From Sulfurospirillum sp. (GTDB lineage: Bacteria > Campylobacterota > Campylobacteria > Campylobacterales > Arcobacteraceae): 64,000 nucleotides of DNA. Positions 8,640-16,164 of the stretch are shown in pieces. Each line of letters starts with the position of its first letter. The stretch's first letter is position 1. Position numbers and translations under genes: made by a program. Where the stretch lies: the NCBI GenBank assembly GCA_030491005.1, contig JAKZMJ010000023.1, positions 17,029 to 81,028 of the forward strand, given 5' to 3'. A model generated the notes under the pieces. It ran no database searches, had not been told where the DNA came from, and saw only the letters and a list, made by a program, of their open reading frames with translations.

Positions 8640-8762
8640 TTACTTAATTTTACTAAATAAGTATGAACTATCTAATCCACCACTAAATAAAGTTACAATA
8701 CTTTTATTGCGATGCTCCAATTCTTGAATATCTTCAAAACTTCTTATTCTTTTACTATACAT
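8640..8762 (-). CDS. 40-codon ORF encoding the PP-loop (SGGxDS) that belongs to the ArgG-like enzyme (split or frameshifted N-terminus)
   Basis: 'MYSKRIRSFEDIQELEHRNKSIVTLFSGGLDSSYLFSKIK*'. Its stop TAA (8642-8640) lies 1 nt before the ATG at 8638 of the main ORF (TAAAATG). Confidence 0.55.
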   Translation of the reverse strand: MYSKRIRSFEDIQELEHRNKSIVTLFSGGLDSSYLFSKIK

Positions 8763-9104
8763 ATAATTGCCTTTTTCTTCTATATTACTAAATAAAAGGA
8801 ATTATAAATAGCATAATCTTGTCATTACTGCTATTTAAATAATTTTGTTAAAATTTATAAGTTTACTTGTTCTTTTTTAGACTATATACAAACTTTAAAA
8901 GTTTTTATAACTTATATATCATTTGGTTTATAAACTAAGAATAGTTTATAATGATAATATAATAAAACTCTAATATCGTTTATCAAAAGATATTTTGATA
9001 ACTTATTTAATGAATGCTTTTTATAAATAATATTTATTTTGTAAGTTTATTTAGAAATCTAGTTTTAATAGACTTGGATAACTTTTTTGTTGTACGAACT
9101 TTAG

Positions 9105-9693
9105 CTAACTATTTATTAAACATACATTATAGTCATTAAGCACTTAAATGTACTAATAACTAACATTCACATAATACTGATAAACACTACCTCAAATGAG
9201 GAAACATTACAAAATGACATCTTTTTTATGTATATTACTTTTTTTAGATAAGCTTTTAATGTATGTTTTATGTCTGTATTTCGGTGTAAATAGTACATTA
9301 TGTATGTTAAATAGGTATAAATCGTGATAAAACTGCATTTATTAAGTTTGAGAGGAGTAACAAATGGCTAAAAAATTATTGGAAGTGATGAGGGATAAAA
9401 TTAGATTTAAGCATTATAGTATCAAAACAGAAAGAGTTTATTTATATTGGGTTAAGAAATATATTTTGTTTCATAATAAAAAGCATCCTAAAAATATGGG
9501 CAAGATAGAGATAGAAGAATATTTGACAAATTTGGCTATTTATAATCAGGTAAGTCCTGCTACTTAGAATCAAGCTTTTAATGCTATATTATTTTTATAT
9601 GAACAAGTATTAAGTATCTCCCTTAAAAATGAGAATATTCAGGCTTTACGAGCAAAGCAAAAAAAGCATATTCCTGTTGTTTTATCTATGGAA
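9105..9693 (+). repeat. Segmental duplicate A (intI upstream region + first 330 bp of intI)
   Basis: Matches 12170-12729 almost base for base, apart from a ~30-bp indel near 9235-9265. Ends at a MITE junction. Confidence 0.85.
9364..9693 (+). pseudogene. intI: 5' third of the integron integrase gene (copy A), truncated by a MITE
   Basis: Same 67-aa ORF as 12400-12603 with the same TAG stop. Identity continues to 'CTATGGAA', then the MITE left end begins. Confidence 0.85.
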
Positions 9694-9715
9694 TAACACC
9701 CCTGTGATTGGAATA

Positions 9716-9910
9716 ACACCCCTGTGATTGAATATCCACCTTTATGATATACTTCGACTTTATGAAACCGATACTAAGATAAAAGAGATTTAGCTATACT
9801 TAGTGCTTATAAAGATGGATATACACAAGTCAAGATAGCAACACATCTGAAATTATCAACCTCAATGATTAGTAAGATTATCAAGAGTGGATATTCAATC
9901 ACAGGGGTGT
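9716..9910 (+). mobile_element. 195-bp MITE, copy 2
   Basis: Same TIRs and interior as 2664-2858. Preceded by a 20-bp tandem duplication 'GAATAACACCCCTGTGATTG' (9691-9710 / 9711-9730). Confidence 0.85.
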
Positions 9911-10030
9911 AGTTTTTAAAAAACGATATTTTTATTAATTATTTGAAGAAAAGATGACAATATGCAATCTTTTTGAAGTATTTTGATAAACTTTGATAGT
10001 ATAGTATAAGAAGGAAAATATTTTGGAATA

Positions 10031-10225
10031 ACACCCCTGTGATTGAATATCCACCTTTATGATATACTTCGACTTTATGAAACCGATACTAAGATAAAAG
10101 AGATTTAGCTATACTTAGTGCTTATAAAGATGGATATACACAAGTCAAGATAGCAACACATCTGAAATTATCAACCTCAATGATTAGTAAGATTATCAAG
10201 AGTGGATATTCAATCACAGGGGTGT
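10031..10225 (+). mobile_element. 195-bp MITE, copy 3
   Basis: Same TIRs and interior. Its right end 'AAGAGTGGATATTCAATCACAGGGGTGTAATTT' is tandemly duplicated (second copy 10231-10263). Confidence 0.85.
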
Positions 10226-10350
10226 AATTTAAGAGTGGATATTCAATCACAGGGGTGTAATTTGTGAAGTATTTTGATAAACTTTGATAGTATAGTATAA
10301 GAAGGAAAATATTTTGAATAATGATAAAAAACTTTTAGACTTACTAGTAG

Positions 10351-10483
10351 ATAAAAAGAGATTTAGCTATACTTAGTGCTTATACAGATGGATATACTCA
10401 AGTCAAGATAGCAACACATCTGAAATTATCAACCTCAATGATTAGTAAGATTATCAAGAGTGGATATTCAATCACAGGGGTGT
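10351..10483 (+). mobile_element. Right-end fragment of a variant of the same element
   Basis: HTH-coding segment plus right TIR with a few substitutions (..SAYTDGYTQ..). Preceded by a 51-bp sequence (10266-10316) that also occurs at 9975-10025. Confidence 0.7.
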
Positions 10484-10502
10484 AGTTTAAATGGTTTAAT
10501 TT

Positions 10503-11678
10503 TTAGAAACATCCATTATAATTATTTTTTGATATTGCTATACAATATTTTTGTAATTTATTATCATTAATCTGATAACAATTAGTTGATGATTTAGTTA
10601 TACCAATACAAAAATTTTGCATATTTTTATCTTTAATACTATAGCAATCAACTTGATTGACAGTTTTAGCAGTACAAACTTTTCGTAAATCACTATTTCT
10701 AATTTTATAACAATTAGTTGGAAATTTTGTTACTCCTAAGCAAAAGTTTTGCATATCTTTATCTTTAATATTCCAACAAGATGTTTCGGTATGCTTTGTT
10801 ATGGCAATACATGTATGCTTTAAATCTGATATACTATAACTCAATGAACTTACTTTAGGACGATTAGTCATTGTACTGATTGGTTTTAATAGTTTGGCAA
10901 TTTTATTAAAACCTTGTCTTTCTGCTGATAAATAAGCATTTTCAAAACCTTTTTGGTGCATATTTGGATTTGCTCCATTATCAAGCATAAACTTAACCAT
11001 ATTAAAATAGCCATTTGCGGAAGCATATATTAAAGGTGTTTGTTTATTTTTGGAATCCATCACATTAATATTATAATCATATGAAATATAATCTTTTATA
11101 CATTGTAAATTATTGTTAATTGCACAGTTAAAAATTTTATCTTTAATTTCTAAATAATATGTATAATTTTCTTCTGTTCGTAATTCTTCATAATAATTCT
11201 CAAATTGATGCTTTTTCATATAACTATATAATTTATTAGTATGCTTTTGTGAATAGTTTATTTTAAAACCATTTTTTCTTATGCTTATAGTATAAATCTT
11301 TGCCTTTGCAAATAATTTTCTTAACGGATATAATATTTCTTTATCATTAGGATTGTTGGAAATGTAACCATTATCATTAAATTGTCTATTTTTAATTTTT
11401 TCAAGAGTATTTTTGTCAAATATCATAATCATTTTTTCATATGAATTTGAATGTGATACAATAGCTAATCCAACATCTGCTATAAAATTATATTGTTTAA
11501 AAAGATAACTATATACATCAATTAGTATTTGATAAGCCTTTTCATCTTTATTATTTATATTTTTATTATACGAATAGTTTTTCCCACTTAATCCTAAAAA
11601 CATTAAATTAAATTGAGCATCTATGTCTTTAATTATTTTTAATTTTGCATTAGGATTATTAATGGTTATAAAATCCAT
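10503..11678 (-). CDS. Ankyrin-repeat protein with C-terminal Cys-rich 22-aa tandem repeats
   Basis: ANK motif 'NKQTPLIYASANGYFNMVKFMLDNGANPNMH'. The C-terminus has 4.5 units of C-x(9,10)-C-[YW]-x-I-x-[DN]-x2-[LM]-[QR]-[NK]-[FVY]. The repeat is also visible at DNA level. Confidence 0.7.
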   Translation of the reverse strand: MDFITINNPNAKLKIIKDIDAQFNLMFLGLSGKNYSYNKNINNKDEKAYQILIDVYSYLFKQYNFIADVGLAIVSHSNSYEKMIMIFDKNTLEKIKNRQFNDNGYISNNPNDKEILYPLRKLFAKAKIYTISIRKNGFKINYSQKHTNKLYSYMKKHQFENYYEELRTEENYTYYLEIKDKIFNCAINNNLQCIKDYISYDYNINVMDSKNKQTPLIYASANGYFNMVKFMLDNGANPNMHQKGFENAYLSAERQGFNKIAKLLKPISTMTNRPKVSSLSYSISDLKHTCIAITKHTETSCWNIKDKDMQNFCLGVTKFPTNCYKIRNSDLRKVCTAKTVNQVDCYSIKDKNMQNFCIGITKSSTNCYQINDNKLQKYCIAISKNNYNGCF

Positions 11679-11750
11679 TGTTGATATATTAACATTTTCT
11701 TTTGAAAAAGAAAAAATGTTACAAATAATAGAATTATTAATAATTTCATA

Positions 11751-12089
11751 TTATAGTTGTTTTTGTATATTCTTCATTAAATCAGCGAACCATAAATCTA
11801 AATTTGTTTCTTCACCTTTATTATTTAAAACTTTTAAATAATAATACATAACACTTCCTTTTCTAAAAGGAACCTCTTCTTTCTTTAATACTTTAAATGT
11901 TACACCTGTTGTTGAATTTATATAGTAACACTTATCTTTGTCTTTGTATTCTTTAGTAAATTCATTGGGTGAACTAACAGATACAACCAAAGCCAAAAAT
12001 GCATCACTTTTCTTATAACATCCAACAATAGTATCTCCATTATATTTAAATATTTGCCCAGCAAATACTAAACTACTTAATATAATCAT
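11751..12089 (-). CDS. Small hypothetical protein, probably exported
   Basis: Track ORF with hydrophobic N-terminus 'MIILSSLVFAGQ'. The in-frame upstream codons (..KKIVLG) lack a canonical start. No known motif. Confidence 0.45.
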   Translation of the reverse strand: MIILSSLVFAGQIFKYNGDTIVGCYKKSDAFLALVVSVSSPNEFTKEYKDKDKCYYINSTTGVTFKVLKKEEVPFRKGSVMYYYLKVLNNKGEETNLDLWFADLMKNIQKQL

Positions 12090-12169
12090 TCCTAAAACTA
12101 TTTTTTTGTAATAATAACCTCCATTATTAATTTATACATAAATAGTTCATTGAAATCGGATATTTTAAC

Positions 12170-12729
12170 CTAACTATTTATTAAACATACATTATAGTCA
12201 TTAAGCACTTAAATGTACTAATAACTAACATTCACATAATACTGATAAACACTACTTTAATGAGGAAACATTACAAAATGACATCTTTTTTGTATGTATG
12301 TTTTTTATGTCTGTATTTCGGTGTAAATAGTACATTATGTATGTTAAATAGGTAAAATTGTGATAAAACTGCATTTATTAAGTTTGAGAGGAGTAACAAA
12401 TGGCTAAAAAATTATTGGAAGTGATGAGGGATAAAATTAGATTTAAGCATTATAGTATCAAAACAGAAAGAGTTTATTTATATTGGGTTAAGAAGTATAT
12501 TTTGTTTCATAATAAAAAGCATCCTAAAAATATGGGCAAGATAGAGATAGAAGAATATTTGACAAATTTGGCTATTTATAATCAGGTAAGTCCTGCTACT
12601 TAGAATCAAGCTTTTAATGCTATATTATTTTTATATGAACAAGTATTAAGTATCTCCCTTAAAAATGAGAATATTCAGGCTTTACGAGCAAAGCAAAAAA
12701 AGCATATTCCTGTTGTTTTATCTATGGAA
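12170..12729 (+). repeat. Segmental duplicate B (intI upstream region + 5' intI)
   Basis: Counterpart of 9105-9693. Here the gene continues uninterrupted. Confidence 0.85.
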
Positions 12730-13350
12730 GAAGTGAAACAAGTTATTTTATGCACAAATGGTATCTATCAACTTATGTTAAAACTTATGTATGGTTGTGG
12801 TCTTCGAATGAGTGAGCTTTTAAGTCTTCGTATAAAAGATATAGATTTTTCTTATGAGAAAGTTTATATTTGGGATAGTAAATCACAAAAAGACAGAACA
12901 GTTCCCATACCTCTATTGATAAAAGAAGAACTTTTAATACAAGTTAAAAAAGTAAAAGAGATACATACAATAGATTTAAAAAATGGCTACGGAACAGTTT
13001 TTCTTCCTTTTGGATTTGATAAAAAATCACCTAAAACAAAATGACAATATCTTTTTCCTATGGATAAAGTTTCAAAAGACCCTAGAAGTAATATAATACG
13101 ACGACATCATACTTTAGATGTTACTTTTAGTAGAAACATTAAACGAGCAGTTCAAAAATGTGATATTGATAAAAAGATTTCTGCCCATATTTTTAGATAC
13201 TCTTATGCTACTCATTTACTACAAAATGGGACTGATATACGCTCTATTCAAGAGTTGTTGGGTCATAAATCTATAGAAACAACTATGATTTATACTCATG
13301 TTATAAAAGAGTTAAATCAAAATGAGATAAAATCACCTTTAGATTTTTAG
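12400..13350 (+). pseudogene. intI: Integron integrase, full length in one frame but with two premature stops
   Basis: Single frame of 316 codons. IntI hallmarks: 'YSIKTERVYLYWVKKYILFH', 'GCGLRMSELLSLRIKDID', the IntI-specific insert '..[30 protein letters not shown]', '[12 protein letters not shown]', '[16 protein letters not shown]'. TAG at 12601-12603 and TGA at 13042-13044. Confidence 0.85.
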
Positions 13351-13552
13351 TATGATTTTATATTAAGATTTATTTATTTTCTAAATTAGCATATTCTTCA
13401 TCGGAAAATATTCTTGAAACTGTAATAAACTGGTAACCTAAGTCTATTTCAAGTGAAAAAGAGTTACCAAATGCAGAACTTTCTTTTTTAACATATCGTA
13501 TCTCTTAAATGAAGGTGCATATCCAAAGGATTATTTATAATAAATTCTTGCA

Positions 13553-13903
<351 letters not shown>

Positions 13904-13932
13904 TTAATCTTAATACTTTAACAATTTTTTAT

Positions 13933-15120
13933 TTAAAATGCTCGTTTAAACTCAGGATATGCTTCTAGTCCACACTCTTCCACATCTAAACCTTGTAATT
14001 CTTCATCATTATGAGCCCTTAAAGGCATAAGTTTATTTATTAGGTATAATACAATAAATGAGCTAGTAAAGACGAATACACCGATTACTAATATACCTTT
14101 TACTTGTCCCAAAAGAGTAATATCAACTCCATTTGAAGCAAAAATACCTACAGCTAATGTTCCCCAAATACCATTTAACAAATGCACAGATAAAGCACCA
14201 ACTGGATCATCAAGTTTAAGTTTATCAAAAAAACTTACTCCAAAGACGACAATAGCTCCACCAATAGCTCCTATTAAAATAGGAGTGTACATATCATATA
14301 AATTTGGAGCTGCTGTAATTGAAACCAAGCCACCTAAAGCTCCATTTAACACCATAGTAATATCTAGTTTTTTATATTTAAAATACATAAAAATACCAAC
14401 ACATATTGCACCTGCTAGTCCTGCTGTATTTGTATTTAAAATAGTTAAAGCAACTGCATTGGCACTTTCCTTACTAGCAATTGAACCAATAGATCCTCCA
14501 TTAAATCCAAACCAACCAATCCATAATAAAAATGCTCCTAAGGTAACTAAAGGAATATTTGAAGCTGGTATTACTCTAATAGCACCATTTTTGGTATATC
14601 TTCCACGCCTGCTTCCAATTATTAAAATAGCAGCTAATAAAGCCCAACCACCAGTACTATGAATTACAGTTGAACCTGCTAAGTCATACATTGAGAGATT
14701 AAAAATAGTATCTTTTAATAGATTTGTACCCCATGTAATATTTACAACTAAAGGATAAAGTATACAAGCCATAATAATAGTAAAAAAAGCAAGAGGTAAT
14801 ACTTTAGCCCTCTCAGATACTCCCCCACTCATTATATTTATAACCTTACCTACAAAAGCCATTTGAAATAAAAGCAAAGCATACTTACTCATAGAATTAC
14901 TAGCTAATTCTCCAAAAGCTAAATTGTATCCAAAGAGCAAAAAACACAAAGATGCAAGTGCATAAATCATAGTATTTATCATAAGTACAGAAGAAACATT
15001 TTTAGTTCTTACAATTCCAGCCTCTAGCATAGCAAAACCTGGAACCATCAAAATAATCAACACCATAGAAAATATTGCAAAAAATGTATCAAGTACATAA
15101 GAAACTGACTCAATATCCAT
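13933..15120 (-). CDS. amt: Ammonium transporter
   Basis: 11-TM Amt pattern: 'AGSTVIHSTGGWALLAAILIIGSRRGRY', 'GALSVHLLNGIWGTLAVGIF'. Confidence 0.9.
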   Translation of the reverse strand: MDIESVSYVLDTFFAIFSMVLIILMVPGFAMLEAGIVRTKNVSSVLMINTMIYALASLCFLLFGYNLAFGELASNSMSKYALLLFQMAFVGKVINIMSGGVSERAKVLPLAFFTIIMACILYPLVVNITWGTNLLKDTIFNLSMYDLAGSTVIHSTGGWALLAAILIIGSRRGRYTKNGAIRVIPASNIPLVTLGAFLLWIGWFGFNGGSIGSIASKESANAVALTILNTNTAGLAGAICVGIFMYFKYKKLDITMVLNGALGGLVSITAAPNLYDMYTPILIGAIGGAIVVFGVSFFDKLKLDDPVGALSVHLLNGIWGTLAVGIFASNGVDITLLGQVKGILVIGVFVFTSSFIVLYLINKLMPLRAHNDEELQGLDVEECGLEAYPEFKRAF

Positions 15121-15264
15121 ATTAATCCTTAATTTTTGTATGAATTATTATAATAGTATTTAAGTATTACAGTATAAAATATATGTATATTTTTTATACA
15201 ATTTTATATTTATTGTTGTAGAATATAATTTAGATGTAATTTAAAATTATAAAAGGTATATATT

Positions 15265-16017
15265 GTGGATGATTTTATAGCACTTTCAAAAAACTCAAAA
15301 GAAATATATAATATTGCTTATTCTTTAAAAGAGAGAGTTAAGATTAATGCCTTAATTAAAGGTCAAGTAGGAGTTGGGAAAAAAACTCTAGCACAATATA
15401 TTTTAGCAAAAGCTAAAATCTATGATGCAAGAAGTTTGCAAGAAGATATCAAAGATAATATACTAAATATTAAAAATTCATCTATTATTATAAATAAAAT
15501 CGAAGATATAACTAATATTGATTTATTGATTTCTTGGATTAATAAAAACAATATTAGAATAATAGCTACAACACTAAGTAAGCAATTAAATAAAAAATTA
15601 GAAAATTTATTTCCTATTATTCTTGAGATATTACCTTTAGATAAACGAAAAGAAGATTTAGATTTTTTAATTAAAAAGTTTTCGCTAGAAGCTAGTAAAA
15701 CATTTAAAATAGAAGAAATACCATCATCCAAACTTATAATTAATATATCGCAAAATGCTCATAGTTTAAAAAAATCAATTTATTTTTCTTATTTATCTTT
15801 AAATATAAAAGAAGATGAGATAATGATGTTTATGGAAAATTTTATAACTTTAAATATGAATTCTAGTCATTTATATAAAGATTTCTTGTATTTATTTGAA
15901 ATACCTTTATTAAAAGTAGCTAGTACAAAATATAAATCTCAAGTAAAAATGGCAGAAGCTTTAGGATTAAATCGAATAACACTGCGAAAAAAACTTGACT
16001 TGTATTCAAAGTTATAA
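15265..16017 (+). CDS. Short enhancer-binding-protein-like regulator (degenerate AAA+ core + Fis-type HTH)
   Basis: GTG start. Walker-A-like 'GQVGVGKKTLAQYI'. C-terminal 'QVKMAEALGLNRITLRKKLDLY'. No receiver domain and no recognisable GAFTGA loop. Confidence 0.55.
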   Translation: MDDFIALSKNSKEIYNIAYSLKERVKINALIKGQVGVGKKTLAQYILAKAKIYDARSLQEDIKDNILNIKNSSIIINKIEDITNIDLLISWINKNNIRIIATTLSKQLNKKLENLFPIILEILPLDKRKEDLDFLIKKFSLEASKTFKIEEIPSSKLIINISQNAHSLKKSIYFSYLSLNIKEDEIMMFMENFITLNMNSSHLYKDFLYLFEIPLLKVASTKYKSQVKMAEALGLNRITLRKKLDLYSKL

Positions 16018-16094
16018 GAATATATTACACTAGCCTATAACAAACAATCATTTTAGAAAAAGTAAATTCTAATATTATTTTAAACTTAAAAAAA

Positions 16095-16108
16095 TTGATT
16101 AATATCAA
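16095..16108 (+). promoter_or_regulatory. FNR/CRP-family binding site
   Basis: Perfect palindrome TTGAT-TAAT-ATCAA. Its centre is 29.5 bp upstream of the first base of the TATAAT at 16131, i.e. a class II (-41.5) geometry. Confidence 0.55.
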
Positions 16109-16127
16109 ACTTTATGTAAGATTAAAA

Positions 16128-16136
16128 TGTTATAAT
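16128..16136 (+). promoter_or_regulatory. Extended -10 promoter element of the nap operon
   Basis: TGTTATAAT (TGnTATAAT), 29 bp upstream of the napA ATG. RBS AAGGAG at 16153-16158. Confidence 0.5.
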
Positions 16137-16164
16137 TAATAAATTTAAACATAAGGAGAATTAT

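Noticed and set aside
8981-9000. Palindrome TATCAAAA-GATA-TTTTGATA upstream of the ArgG-like operon, as a possible AraC or other operator
   Set aside because: An 8-bp AT-only inverted repeat is not unusual in this composition. It lies >200 bp from the nearest start codon, and I cannot link it to a regulator.
9691-10488. A cluster of closely spaced identical repeats that could be mistaken for a CRISPR array
   Set aside because: The repeat units are 195 bp with 24-bp terminal inverted repeats and a coding-derived interior. Spacing is irregular, there are no 25-40-bp repeats with unique spacers, and no cas genes are nearby. These are MITEs.
11690-12349. Possible integron recombination sites: GTTAAAT (GTTRRRY) at 12343-12349 (and 9306-9312) as an attI core, and the hairpin TAACATTTTCTTTT/AAGAAAAAATGTTA at 11690-11721 as an attC
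   Set aside because: A 7-mer like GTTAAAT is expected by chance in DNA this AT-rich. The hairpin is ~32 bp, far shorter than known attC sites, and lacks clear R''/L''-L'/R' organisation. This cannot be supported without the attC covariance model.
13042-13044. TGA at a conserved Trp position of intI suggested genetic code 4 (TGA = Trp)
   Set aside because: Trp is TGG throughout the long housekeeping ORFs (napA, purL, glyS). TGA terminates several well-defined genes here (for example the GNAT at 22942-22944, the Y1 transposase at 5002-5004 and the AraC gene). The same gene also carries a TAG stop, so it is a pseudogene under the standard code.
147-13552. Search for an attL/attR direct repeat of the tRNA-Ser 3' end marking island borders
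   Set aside because: I found no copy of 'GGGGGTTCGAATCCCCCACTCTCTGCCA' or a substantial part of it elsewhere in the window by eye. It needs a computational search before anything can be claimed.
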